Of a stretch of DNA of 53,001 nt, positions 10,002 to 19,539 are shown piece by piece (position 1 is the stretch's first letter; each line of letters begins with the position of its first letter). Position numbers and translations under genes: made by a program. The DNA is from a virus (taxonomy: Duplodnaviria > Caudoviricetes). Location: positions 1 through 53,001 of IMG/VR virus record IMGVR_UViG_3300022933_000007. One strand, 5' to 3'. The notes under the pieces were generated by a model. The model was not told the origin of the DNA. It saw nothing but the letters and a program-made list of their open reading frames with translations, and did no database searches.

Positions 10002-10588
10002 TATAAAGTACCCTCCTTATCGTATTTTTCAGCAATGTCCAATAGACTTTTTCCTACCATTGACAAGTTCTCAAAACCTGCATTTCTGCATTTTGAGAGA
10101 ATTTGGTATGGCAAGAGGTCTTCTTGTGCATTTTGTGCTTTTGACACGTTTGTGGTTGGTCTTTCGACTGGTGATGTTACATGAGATGAGATAGATTTCT
10201 CTTGCATCTTAAGGTCACCTTTATCTCCTTCTGGTTTATCTTCGACTTTTCCATTGGCATCTTGGATACCGGATTGGTCACCAGTTGGGTAAGGGTCTTT
10301 TGGTGCAGTGACTTTGTCACCAATATCTTCGCTATCAGCATTGCCTTTTGGGCTTTGTGGTAGGTCAGTAGGTGTCTCCATTGCTTTCTCCATCTTGTCT
10401 TGTCTTGCGACAATTGATTTGAGTGCTTCTAGGATTGCCTTATTGGTTTCTTCTTTGTCATCATCGTCAGAAGCTTTCACTTCTGGTTTGATTTCGTCTT
10501 TCTCGTCCTCTGCTTTTTTCTCGAAGGGATTTTCTTTTTCCTCTTCGTCAGCTTTGGCTATGGTTTTTATGTCATCTAATGTGGTCAT
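10001..10588 (-). CDS. Capsid scaffolding protein
   Basis: Highly charged, low-complexity 195 aa between protease and capsid genes; many K-A/K-S motifs. Confidence 0.65.
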   Translation of the reverse strand: MTTLDDIKTIAKADEEEKENPFEKKAEDEKDEIKPEVKASDDDDKEETNKAILEALKSIVARQDKMEKAMETPTDLPQSPKGNADSEDIGDKVTAPKDPYPTGDQSGIQDANGKVEDKPEGDKGDLKMQEKSISSHVTSPVERPTTNVSKAQNAQEDLLPYQILSKCRNAGFENLSMVGKSLLDIAEKYDKEGTL

Positions 10589-10603
10589 GTTGTTATAATA
10601 ATT

Positions 10604-12385
10604 CTATATAAAGGGGTTTATAAAGATTATGTTTCCTACGCCATTTACTAAATGTCCTTCAGGAGATACTTCTACATTGTCACCATACTGTGCTATTCCT
10701 TCTGCTGATGTTGAAAACTTGTTCATTTCCATTACCCATTCTTCTTCTGCTTTGTTTTTAATTGCTTTTAGTATAGGCATTGGTTCTTCTTTGTAGTTTT
10801 CTATATAGTCTTTTATTGCTAGGTGTAGTTCTGAGTTGTTGTCTGTGTTTTTATTTTCCTCCCAATATTTTCTTACTCCTTTCTCAAATTCACATTCTTT
10901 CTTTGCAATAGGGTCTGTAGGCTTGTTTCCTAGTTTGGTTGGGTCTCCTAGTTTCTCTGGAGTTATTGCGTCTGCGTCTTTCTTTTTCTCGTCTTTAGGG
11001 TCTGATTCTGATGATGTTACTTGGTTACTTCCCCCGGTTCCGTTTACTGTAGTATTATATGCACCTAACCCTCTTGGGTTTTCAGTGCCTGTACCAACTA
11101 TATCTTTCTGAATTATGATTGAACATCCACATGATTTTTTAAAGTATTGTCTATCTCCATCAGGTTTTGCTACTTCGTCTACACCTGTTTCAGATAGGTC
11201 TGGTTTTTCAGAACAACTTGCTTTTTCATCACATTGATTACCTACACCTGTTGAACCCATTACATGGTCTGCTTTATGTTTTGGTGCATTAGGATTTATT
11301 CCATGTTCATTATTATGACGTGACCCACAGTATGCTTCAGCGTCTCTAATGTCATCTTTATTTCCTTCTCCAGAAATACAAGATTCAGTTGAACTGTATT
11401 CTTTTTGACCTGCATGAACTTTAGTATCTTTATCTACGTGTTGCTGAATTGAGCCACAATATCCACCGGCATTGTGTACCGATGGGTCTTTCTTTGCGTG
11501 TGCCTCACAGGCTGCAAATTCCATTTTTCCATATTTAGTAGGTAATGGTTTAGTCTTATCGTCTGGTCTCTTTAAATCAGTTTCAGGAAAGTCTTCCTCG
11601 TCTTGTCCGTAAATATCTTTTCCTGCTTCATACCAAATAGTACCATTGGAATCAATCATATGTATTTTTAATTTTTCTTCTCCTTCTTCAGTTGCTTCTG
11701 GGTTATAACCTTTGGCTTCACCAATATGAGTTTCAACTTCTTTAGGAACATCGTCTTGGTCTATTGGAGTACCCATATCTGCTTTTCTTACTTCTGCGTT
11801 GATATAACAACTTGTACCATCACATTTGGCTTTTAATTCTTCTCCATCTTTTTCTACATGGACTGCCTTTGCTAATGGGTTTACATCTGTAATTAATGCG
11901 AATGCAACTGCTGGGTCTTCACATACTGCCACTTCATATATCTCTAGGTCTTTTAATCTGTATGCCATCGTTCCATCTGATTGTGGTACTGGTATTCTGT
12001 TTGCTTTTGTTGCCCCTCCGAATGATAATCCTTTGTAAGTACCATCAACTATTTGTTTCCAAATGAAATCATCTAATGCTGTGTTTGAATGTATTTTACC
12101 TAAAATTTTAATTGCTGGGAGTTTCTCACCATTTTTAGCCTGAAGTGTTACTTTTTCAAAATTGATACCTCTGCCTACAATACGATTTGAATGAGTGTCT
12201 GACATTGGTGCATTTCTCTCCATCCATATTGGAAGAGCCTTGTATAGTTCATCTATATCTGTAATCTCTCCTTGACGGTCTTTAATCTCTACTGATAATA
12301 TGCCTTCAAAGAAACGGTCTGTATTATCTTCTTTAATAACTAGTTGTTTTGTGACAAAATTGGACACAGTTATCTCGTCTGTCAT
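10604..12385 (-). CDS. Prohead maturation protease with long acidic C-terminal extension
   Basis: DRQGE...DTHSNRIVG...YKGLSFGG...IYEVAVCEDPA match HK97-family protease His/Ser motifs. Confidence 0.85.
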   Translation of the reverse strand: MTDEITVSNFVTKQLVIKEDNTDRFFEGILSVEIKDRQGEITDIDELYKALPIWMERNAPMSDTHSNRIVGRGINFEKVTLQAKNGEKLPAIKILGKIHSNTALDDFIWKQIVDGTYKGLSFGGATKANRIPVPQSDGTMAYRLKDLEIYEVAVCEDPAVAFALITDVNPLAKAVHVEKDGEELKAKCDGTSCYINAEVRKADMGTPIDQDDVPKEVETHIGEAKGYNPEATEEGEEKLKIHMIDSNGTIWYEAGKDIYGQDEEDFPETDLKRPDDKTKPLPTKYGKMEFAACEAHAKKDPSVHNAGGYCGSIQQHVDKDTKVHAGQKEYSSTESCISGEGNKDDIRDAEAYCGSRHNNEHGINPNAPKHKADHVMGSTGVGNQCDEKASCSEKPDLSETGVDEVAKPDGDRQYFKKSCGCSIIIQKDIVGTGTENPRGLGAYNTTVNGTGGSNQVTSSESDPKDEKKKDADAITPEKLGDPTKLGNKPTDPIAKKECEFEKGVRKYWEENKNTDNNSELHLAIKDYIENYKEEPMPILKAIKNKAEEEWVMEMNKFSTSAEGIAQYGDNVEVSPEGHLVNGVGNIIFINPFI

Positions 12386-12441
12386 GTATATCTAGTTGAC
12401 GCTAATGCTTTATAAATATTCTTAATAATAAAAAAAGAGGG

Positions 12442-12675
12442 TTACGATTGTGTAGTCGTATTACCGTTTGACTGTCCTGCTCTAAATCCAAAATACATTA
12501 GTGCAGCACCTGCAAATATTGTGCTGAATTGCCATGCCTGACTAAATTGTTCTTGTGTGATTTTTATATCACCGTATACAAATCCAGTAGCAATTCCGAC
12601 TCCTGCTGTTCCTATCAACAGAATTATAACTGATGATGCTAGAACTAGAGCCATTTCATTTTTTGTGAAAGCCAT
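12442..12675 (-). CDS. Small two-TM membrane protein (holin-like size)
   Basis: Two hydrophobic segments in 77 aa. Confidence 0.45.
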   Translation of the reverse strand: MAFTKNEMALVLASSVIILLIGTAGVGIATGFVYGDIKITQEQFSQAWQFSTIFAGAALMYFGFRAGQSNGNTTTQS

Positions 12676-12717
12676 GTAAATCCAACCATTAATCAGGTAT
12701 TTAAACTTGATGTAGAG

Positions 12718-12999
12718 TTATATCATAATGGCTATGACTACACCGGCTGTTGCTACAATTACACCTAATATGGATACTATCTTTCTGAATTTTATTAGAG
12801 ATGTTTCTCTTTTTACTGCTTTATGCCCAGCCAGAATTTGTTCCTGTTCTTTTTTATAACGTGTGAGTTCTTTACCGACTAAAAGGTGTGTATCAAACTT
12901 GCCTGATATATCTGCCTGTGATTCGACAAGTTTGTTGATTTGTTCCTGTATGTCGTCTATTCGTTCGAATATACGTTTAAATGCTATGTCATCTTCCAT
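12718..12999 (-). CDS. Coiled-coil protein with C-terminal TM anchor
   Basis: Heptad N-terminus and hydrophobic C-terminus. Confidence 0.45.
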   Translation of the reverse strand: MEDDIAFKRIFERIDDIQEQINKLVESQADISGKFDTHLLVGKELTRYKKEQEQILAGHKAVKRETSLIKFRKIVSILGVIVATAGVVIAIMI

Positions 13000-13043
13000 G
13001 TGTGTAATCCACTGTTATTCTATTTAAGTATTCTTTCTGAGTT

Positions 13044-13271
13044 CTAGTTTAGGGCAATAAGATGTCCTGTATGTATTAATGCTAGTATGATTTCAGGTTC
13101 AGACACAAATTGCTCTAATAGGTCTTCTGGTGAGCCTGTGCCGTCAAATGCACCACATGCGTAACATATTGCTATTGTGAATTCACCGTCTGAATACACG
13201 TACATATCCTTACCTTTCCTCGTACAGTTGTCCAATTGGCATGTTGGCACGTTATTTAACTTTTTTGGCAT
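13044..13271 (-). CDS. Small Cys-containing hypothetical protein
   Basis: CxxxxC and CxxC motifs; TATA box upstream. Confidence 0.5.
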   Translation of the reverse strand: MPKKLNNVPTCQLDNCTRKGKDMYVYSDGEFTIAICYACGAFDGTGSPEDLLEQFVSEPEIILALIHTGHLIALN

Positions 13272-13319
13272 ATCGACACTACAAACAGTTTATTAATAAG
13301 TATTATGTAAACTACAGTC

Positions 13320-13853
13320 ATGGCGTCATCAATATATGTATATAGAAGCATAGCCGAATACAAAAAGTATTATGAGGGAAAACATGAACAACTTATATAC
13401 CAAATACCTATACTTGATATGTATGTTGATACAGACAAAGAGAAGATGTTTGTCATTACTAACCAAGATTTGGATTCACAGAAACGCAATATAGATTTCT
13501 TTAGAACCATTGTACATGTTAGGAGTGAGACATTAGTTCCTAGTGTTATTAGTAATGATGAGTTTAATGTTAGAGTTGTTCAGCATGGTAAGGTTATGTA
13601 TAATGGTAAGAGTGGTAATATTGAGTTCTTCCCCCGATTTAGAGGATGTGATATGAAACAACATGCAGACAGATTTATTGGTGGTGCTAAGGACGAGCAG
13701 AAATATCTTTTAAAGTATGACTATCGATATTATGATTTTCAGCAAGATAGGATAAATCTAATTTTAGGAGATGTGCAAAATTCGGTTTTAGATAATTTAC
13801 GTTCAGTTTTGGGAAAAGTGGGTCGTTGCATATTTCCTCAAGATAATAAATAG
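13320..13853 (+). CDS. Hypothetical protein
   Basis: 177 aa, divergent promoter shared with 13044..13271. Confidence 0.55.
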   Translation: MASSIYVYRSIAEYKKYYEGKHEQLIYQIPILDMYVDTDKEKMFVITNQDLDSQKRNIDFFRTIVHVRSETLVPSVISNDEFNVRVVQHGKVMYNGKSGNIEFFPRFRGCDMKQHADRFIGGAKDEQKYLLKYDYRYYDFQQDRINLILGDVQNSVLDNLRSVLGKVGRCIFPQDNK

Positions 13854-14193
13854 TTGGTTTCTCAGAAGCCCAATGTTTAATCCATCTGTCATAATCTAAC
13901 TGTTCAAAGATATTATTAATTTCATTTTCATTGTTAGGAAAATTAACATATGTGTATAGGTTCACACCCGGATGAAAATATAAAAAGTTAGATAAGAATG
14001 CTAGTTTTCTATCCTTTCTAAAAATTAGAATCTTTTCAAAGTCTTTGTATTTCTCACTCCATTCTTTATTGGGAAATCCTTTTCTATAAATACATTCTAT
14101 CTTTTCTACAATACAGCCGGGGTATTTCCTGTAAAGGTATTCTACTAAACTAGTCTGTCCACATTTGTAAGCACCTATAATTGCAAATTTTAG
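13687..14193 (-). CDS. Second sulfotransferase-family protein; N-terminal half missed by the ORF track, non-canonical start
   Basis: Frame open from 14214: LKFAIIGAYKCGQTSLVEYL is a PAPS-binding loop, in frame with the tracked ORF 13687..13965. Confidence 0.65.
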   Translation of the reverse strand, partial: LKFAIIGAYKCGQTSLVEYLYRKYPGCIVEKIECIYRKGFPNKEWSEKYKDFEKILIFRKDRKLAFLSNFLYFHPGVNLYTYVNFPNNENEINNIFEQLDYDRWIKHWASEKPTIYYLEEICNDPLFPKLNVNYLKPNFAHLLKLDLSYLAENHNIDSHTLKDISARP

Positions 14194-14735
14194 AGTCTTA
14201 CTTTCCGTGTATCCTCACCGGTCATAATCTGTTTCCATTCTTTACCGTGTTTTCTACGCATTGATTTCCAGAATGGGTCATGTCCGAATTGTCCACCTGC
14301 TTTGTTATATGCTTTAGTGGTATCAGCAACTCGTCTGTTGCAAGTTCTGCATAATCTACAATTGATTTGTTCGATATTAAAATGATAGTCTCTACAGAAA
14401 TAACATAGTCCATAATATTTCGGGGCTACAACAGCCAATAAAGCCTCTCTACCTTTCTTACCTGCACAGTCTCCACATATATCTACAAGTGTTGCTGCAC
14501 AAGCTGCTTTAGTAAAACAACCAAAACATACTGCTTCATTATCATCGTTTACGTGTAGGTATTCATTTGATTGGTGTGCTTTCCATAGTCTCTGTTGATT
14601 CTCGTTAGCGTTATGTTCTCCACCGGAGATTTTTCTATCATTACCCAATCTGTTTACACCCACACATATTACATTCGTAGTCATCTCTAGTAGATTGATG
14701 ACATGAACAGTCACATGGTAGCAAACTGCACTCAC
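14190..14735 (-). CDS. Multi-CxxC Zn-finger protein
   Basis: Several CxxC motifs (CFGC, CGDC, CYFC, CRTC); true start may be the internal Met of MTTNV. Confidence 0.6.
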   Translation of the reverse strand: MSAVCYHVTVHVINLLEMTTNVICVGVNRLGNDRKISGGEHNANENQQRLWKAHQSNEYLHVNDDNEAVCFGCFTKAACAATLVDICGDCAGKKGREALLAVVAPKYYGLCYFCRDYHFNIEQINCRLCRTCNRRVADTTKAYNKAGGQFGHDPFWKSMRRKHGKEWKQIMTGEDTRKVRL

Positions 14736-14746
14736 CGTCTTTACAT

Positions 14747-15217
14747 TCAGGCAATTTCTTTATCCCTCTTTAGAATGGTTAGTTTTCTTAAGCACTCATC
14801 AATTATGTACACCGATTCTGTATGTGCATCGACATTGTCAGAAAGTGTGATTGCTCCAAAGATTCTGTCAATCTCTTCAAGTATTTTATGTTTAGTTACA
14901 TTTGATGGTATACCTACCATTGTTGAAGCAATATTCATCCATGAATTTGTTGACAATGTTTCGTCTTTGTTAAGTTCTACGGTTACTGTATTATCTGAAC
15001 CTGTAATAATATCATCTGGTAATGATTGTACCATTTTTGGTTTTTCTGTTAAATTAACTGTTCTAATTTTTCCTTGTGCTTCCATTGTTTTTGTTACAAG
15101 TGGTGATTTTTTCTTTCCCATATTTCTTTTTACCTTTTTGGTATGGGTACAGTTCTCTTCACAGTTAAGATGTTTCTTCATTATCATTCTCCCATCTGTT
15201 AAATGAATCAAACTCAT
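14747..15217 (-). CDS. Hypothetical protein downstream of portal
   Basis: 156 aa overlapping the end of portal. Confidence 0.5.
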   Translation of the reverse strand: MSLIHLTDGRMIMKKHLNCEENCTHTKKVKRNMGKKKSPLVTKTMEAQGKIRTVNLTEKPKMVQSLPDDIITGSDNTVTVELNKDETLSTNSWMNIASTMVGIPSNVTKHKILEEIDRIFGAITLSDNVDAHTESVYIIDECLRKLTILKRDKEIA

Positions 15218-17123
15218 TATCTACAAGTTCTCTTGCGTCTCTTACTGTCATCTTTGTTACCTTTCTTAATTCGTCTACTGTCTTGGTTTTCTTCCAACCG
15301 AAATCAAGTGAAGTCTGTAATGTGGTTTTAACTAATTCGTAATTGTTTGGTGTAATTCCATTAGGGAAATTCTTTCTGATACCTCCTGCTCTACCTGCTC
15401 CTCTTGGGTCACCTTGATTACCACCCTCAGTTCCAGTTCTCTTTCTTCCGGGAGCACCTTGCATACGTTGCTGTTCTTCTTTTGGAGCAGCACTGCCTCT
15501 ACCACGTTCACCCGGCTTTAAAACTGTATCCTGATTCTCTTCACCCGGCTGTTTATTCTGTTGATTGAATTGGTCTTGTAAAGTAACCACAGGTTCTTGT
15601 GAAACTTCGAATTTTCCAGTTGGTGTTCTGGTAACTTCGAATCCTAGTTCTTGATAGGCTTTCATGTTTTCAATTTCAACACCTTCAATCTGTAGGTCTC
15701 TGAGTTTGTCAGTTTCTTCACCTTCGTTAAGTTTGATATCCCAATCGTCAATACCCAAATGGTCAGCGATTTTTCTAAAGAATGATTTGTATAAAATATC
15801 TTGACCCCATTTGACAGCACGGTTTGTGATTGTAACTTGCAGTCCTTCTTGTGACCAACCAGTAGGAAGTTCACCGAAGTAAAGTGGAAGGACACCATAC
15901 AATGCACCGATAATCATTCTGAGTTCTCTTCTAATAACTGTAAACTCTAATTCCTTTAGTGAGCCAGTAAAGTCAAGCCATTCAGCCATCTTACCTTGTG
16001 CTCCTTTATCATTTTCTACTAACAGTGGTTGTATAGAATATGGGTCTTCTAATGCTTTTTGTTGTAATACATCCCATGATTTTCTGAAAGTTTCATAATT
16101 TCTTGAAGATAGAATAAGCATTCCTCTTGGAGGTCTCATCTTGTCGAAATATTTTCTAATGTATTCATCCATGTGAGACAAAGCCATTGCCTTTGACCAG
16201 ATGGTATAAATTGGTGAATAACCATAAAGTAATCCCGGTGAGTATTTTCCAACTTTCCATATGATTTCTCCTTTAGCATAAACAACTCTTTTTGGTGTAG
16301 GAACACCGAGTCCATAAACTGTGTTAACTTCGAACCATGCAGGTAATCCAATTGCATTACAGATGTGACATCTTGCCTCTTCACCATCTTTGGTATACAT
16401 GAGATTTTCTTTTCGGTGGGCAGGGTCAGGGCAAACCATAACTTGAGCACCAGTATCAGTATAACCTAATCTACCATCAGCGTCAACAATGAATGCAATG
16501 CTAGGTGGGTCTATTCTGATATATTCAGTATACTCTTTAACTTTAGATTTTCCAGTATCATCATTGATTTTATATTTAGGGGAAGTAAGCATAAATGCCA
16601 TGTCGAATATTTCAAGGTCTTGTTCTAGTTGTCTAGATAGTTCTTCTAATGTCTGCTCGTTTCCATTGATTGGTTTTGTCATTAGGTCTTCTAGTCTTTT
16701 TCTGTTTGCTGGGTCTGGTTTTACTATGTTATTTCCCCCACATGTATCACACATGAGTGGGTCGTCTTTTAAATCTTGAACATCTGAATTAGGCATCTCA
16801 TCTACTGATATAGTTTCTTTCTTTTTCTCATGAGGTGGATATTCAAATTGTTTTGAACAGTCCTGACATTTGTATTTGAATCGTTCTTTGATTTCAAATC
16901 CATTCTTGAACATTTCTCTGTTTAAAGTATCAATTGGAATTCTCACTGCGTCTACAGTCTTGGCTAGTTCAACAACCATAGCCATTGGGAATGGGAAAAT
17001 TGGTAATTTAGCACCTGTATCGGTACTCATCATAGGCGTGGATACTGTAGGTCTTACAGTTTGTGTAGTATTACGTTTGGAAATGAAATTAAATCCTTTA
17101 GATAAACTATCATACAAACCCAT
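15165..17123 (-). CDS. Portal protein with Zn-ribbon insertions
   Basis: LYGYSPI...YF...PRGML...LKELEF...RMIIGALYGVLP portal motifs; CxxC pairs inserted. Confidence 0.88.
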   Translation of the reverse strand: MGLYDSLSKGFNFISKRNTTQTVRPTVSTPMMSTDTGAKLPIFPFPMAMVVELAKTVDAVRIPIDTLNREMFKNGFEIKERFKYKCQDCSKQFEYPPHEKKKETISVDEMPNSDVQDLKDDPLMCDTCGGNNIVKPDPANRKRLEDLMTKPINGNEQTLEELSRQLEQDLEIFDMAFMLTSPKYKINDDTGKSKVKEYTEYIRIDPPSIAFIVDADGRLGYTDTGAQVMVCPDPAHRKENLMYTKDGEEARCHICNAIGLPAWFEVNTVYGLGVPTPKRVVYAKGEIIWKVGKYSPGLLYGYSPIYTIWSKAMALSHMDEYIRKYFDKMRPPRGMLILSSRNYETFRKSWDVLQQKALEDPYSIQPLLVENDKGAQGKMAEWLDFTGSLKELEFTVIRRELRMIIGALYGVLPLYFGELPTGWSQEGLQVTITNRAVKWGQDILYKSFFRKIADHLGIDDWDIKLNEGEETDKLRDLQIEGVEIENMKAYQELGFEVTRTPTGKFEVSQEPVVTLQDQFNQQNKQPGEENQDTVLKPGERGRGSAAPKEEQQRMQGAPGRKRTGTEGGNQGDPRGAGRAGGIRKNFPNGITPNNYELVKTTLQTSLDFGWKKTKTVDELRKVTKMTVRDARELVDNEFDSFNRWENDNEETS

Positions 17124-17219
17124 ATGATATTGTCACTATGTCACACTATATAAGGATTCTGTCAAGATTTGTCAAGTGTAATTAGTAATCTTTTTATCAA
17201 GTTGTGATGGAATAATTAC

Positions 17220-17471
17220 ATGTTCTATGAAGAATATATCCTATACCCAGAGGAAGAAGACCCTAGAGCAGAGTATGTGTCAGATGAATTAAAAATTTAT
17301 TACTATATGTCTAATATGATAGAAGGTACTCACGATTTTATGGATACTGTTACTCACGAATGGTTGCATGGACTATTTGATTGGGCTACAGAGGGAGCAA
17401 AACATGAAGAAGAAAAAATAGATGCAGATGGGGAACATTTCATAATGCGGTTGATGAACTTCAAAGACTAG
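17220..17471 (+). CDS. Minimal zincin-like metallopeptidase
   Basis: DTVTHEWLH (HExxH) with downstream EH in 83 aa. Confidence 0.6.
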   Translation: MFYEEYILYPEEEDPRAEYVSDELKIYYYMSNMIEGTHDFMDTVTHEWLHGLFDWATEGAKHEEEKIDADGEHFIMRLMNFKD

Positions 17472-17596
17472 GCATGTTTTTCACATGAGATATCTCTAGT
17501 TTCTTTGATACATTTACAAGATGTTGTTTTCTTTGTAGTTTTGATGACTACTTCCTCATCAATTACATCATATTCTTTTACGCGTGAACCTGCCAT
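17468..17596 (-). CDS. 42-aa peptide with CxC...C..H
   Basis: Manual translation MAGSRVKEYDVIDEE...SCKCIKETRDISCEKHA; TTTTTATA upstream. Confidence 0.45.
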   Translation of the reverse strand: MAGSRVKEYDVIDEEVVIKTTKKTTSCKCIKETRDISCEKHA

Positions 17597-17734
17597 CCTT
17601 TTTAAAGGCTTCTTTTCTTATAAAAAGATTGAGATATTCCTATTATCCATTTTCATACTTATATATATTATATATATAACTTATATAACAATAACATACC
17701 GTTAAACTTAACTAGTAACCAAATAATACCAAAT

Positions 17735-18445
17735 ATGGTCACGGAAATGATTTGTAGAGCGAAATCAGACGGAAAATACGATTCTGTAAGGGTTTCTGGG
17801 GTCACAATTGAACAACAAATCGAAGATGACAGAAAATTTGGCTTTTTATCACCAAAAAACGGTGTTTTGAACTACATTATACTCAATAATGACAAAGAAA
17901 TCACAGAAAAACAGGTAAAAAGAGCAGTTTCGATGGCACTTTTCGGGTGGAGATTGCACGTTCCAATCAAGTTTAGACGTGTAAAAAACCGATTAGACGC
18001 AGATATTACAGTACAATTCAACTCAGAAGAGGACGATGAACTTTTAGATAAAAATACATTAGCATATATGTACTATCCACTCGGAGGAATCAATGATGGC
18101 AAATGTGTCGTAAATAAGCGATTTCACTGGACAAACCACGGTAAAGGGGTGGATATGCATGAAATAGACCCAACACACTATCCAATTCCTACCCCAAGCA
18201 ATCCAAAGGGTAAAACATGGGATTTAGACAAGGTATTGCGTCACGAGTTTGGTCATGGTGTATTCGGTTTGCCTCATTCCCAAAGCGAAGCCAGAATCAT
18301 GAGTGGTAATGAATCATTCATGGCAGAGTTTTTCACGGGGGAAGACATAACAAGAGCACAAGCAAAAGCAGGAATCAGAGAAGGGTTTGCACATAGATTA
18401 AAACAGTTGACCGGCTGGTATAAAATTAGAAGTAACAACTCTTAG
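17735..18445 (+). CDS. Matrixin (M10-like) metzincin metalloprotease
   Basis: HEFGHGVFGLPH zinc motif, Met-turn RIMS, ADITVQF and TLAYMYYP. Confidence 0.85.
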   Translation: MVTEMICRAKSDGKYDSVRVSGVTIEQQIEDDRKFGFLSPKNGVLNYIILNNDKEITEKQVKRAVSMALFGWRLHVPIKFRRVKNRLDADITVQFNSEEDDELLDKNTLAYMYYPLGGINDGKCVVNKRFHWTNHGKGVDMHEIDPTHYPIPTPSNPKGKTWDLDKVLRHEFGHGVFGLPHSQSEARIMSGNESFMAEFFTGEDITRAQAKAGIREGFAHRLKQLTGWYKIRSNNS

Positions 18446-18479
18446 TAAGTCTTATATATCAAATTATTAATTTAACCAT

Positions 18480-18695
18480 GTGGATATGGTTACAATTTTT
18501 ATTGCTCTCTTGTTAGGCGGACTACTCGGAGTAGGTATCGGTTCCTTTATGGCTGACGATACTCCACAGATGAATACTATTTGTGATTCATTTCATTCCG
18601 AAGTTAAAACTGTTACATCTGTAATTGGTGGAACCGCAGTTCCTTTAGAGGTAACTGAATATGTTTGTGATGATTTTCACATGAGGGATAAATAA
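18480..18695 (+). CDS. Small membrane-anchored/secreted protein
   Basis: Hydrophobic N-terminal segment; two Cys. Confidence 0.55.
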   Translation: MDMVTIFIALLLGGLLGVGIGSFMADDTPQMNTICDSFHSEVKTVTSVIGGTAVPLEVTEYVCDDFHMRDK

Positions 18696-18696
18696 A

Positions 18697-18801
18697 ATGA
18701 ATGCAAACAAATTTGAAGATGTACCAATTCTTAATACCCAAAAGATAACTGGGATGACAAGAATTCAGACTAATGATTATTCAGTCAAGGAGTATTACTA
18801 A
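18697..18801 (+). CDS. 34-aa peptide with internal degenerate tag ILNTQKITG
   Basis: Manual translation; TAATG coupling to next ORF. Confidence 0.45.
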   Translation: MNANKFEDVPILNTQKITGMTRIQTNDYSVKEYY

Positions 18802-18944
18802 TGTTAAACACAGATAAAATAAATGGTGGGTATGATGTACGAGTTGATTACAATCCTTGGTCATCATCAGGTTCAGAGCCTGAGCCGGGCAATGTTGCAG
18901 TACGATTTGATTGCGAATCATTAAGGAGAATTATAGGAAATTGA
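18801..18944 (+). CDS. NTDK-tag peptide 1 (47 aa)
   Basis: MLNTDKINGGYDVRVDYNPWSSSG...; coupled on both sides. Confidence 0.65.
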   Translation: MLNTDKINGGYDVRVDYNPWSSSGSEPEPGNVAVRFDCESLRRIIGN

Positions 18945-19177
18945 AATTATCTAGAAAAGAATTAGAGAGCACTGTTTGCCTAGCGTGTGCAAAGAAATTT
19001 GGGGAGCATACAAAAGACAGAGGCACGAAATTCAGCATAAGTTCATTAATGGAATGCATGTTTAGAATCCAAGGTACCTATATGGAAATTGCAGATTTGA
19101 AACAAAAGGATATGGAAACACATCCCGGGGTAATGGACATGCGTTCAGATATATCTAAAGGTGATAATAATGAATAA
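18911..19177 (+). CDS. Hypothetical Zn-binding protein
   Basis: CLAC...H...C; likely start TTG at 18941. Confidence 0.5.
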   Translation: MRIIKENYRKLKLSRKELESTVCLACAKKFGEHTKDRGTKFSISSLMECMFRIQGTYMEIADLKQKDMETHPGVMDMRSDISKGDNNE

Positions 19178-19403
19178 ATTTGGTATTGGTTTTTTAATTG
19201 GTATTATTCTATTGTTTGGTAGTATTGTTATTGCGTCTGAATATAAGTATGGTCAGTCACCGGGAGAAGTGATAGGAGAATTTATTTTCATATTAGAATC
19301 AATGGAATGTGATGAATTATATTATACCATTATTAACGATGATTTAGAATATACCAAAAAGTTTTATATGGACAATTGTATATTTGGTGATACTAATGCT
19401 TAA
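19161..19403 (+). CDS. Small membrane-anchored protein
   Basis: N-terminal TM helix; ends in AAT GCT TAA overlapping next tag ORF. Confidence 0.55.
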   Translation: MIIMNKFGIGFLIGIILLFGSIVIASEYKYGQSPGEVIGEFIFILESMECDELYYTIINDDLEYTKKFYMDNCIFGDTNA

Positions 19404-19539
19404 CACAGATAAAGCCTACGGCAACTCGAGCATAGTTGAGCCTATGTTCGGTGGACTATCTATGTTAAGAGTAATGGCAGCCAACGCTCATAAGGAAGCA
19501 GTTGAAAATTTATTATTGAGGGATTTGAATGACACTTAG
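19396..19539 (+). CDS. NTDK-tag peptide 2 (47 aa)
   Basis: MLNTDKAYGNSSIVEPMFGG... Confidence 0.65.
   Translation: MLNTDKAYGNSSIVEPMFGGLSMLRVMAANAHKEAVENLLLRDLNDT

Noticed and set aside
17505-17705. 66-aa hydrophobic plus-strand ORF
   Set aside because: Runs through an (AT)n tract and opposes a better-supported minus-strand peptide
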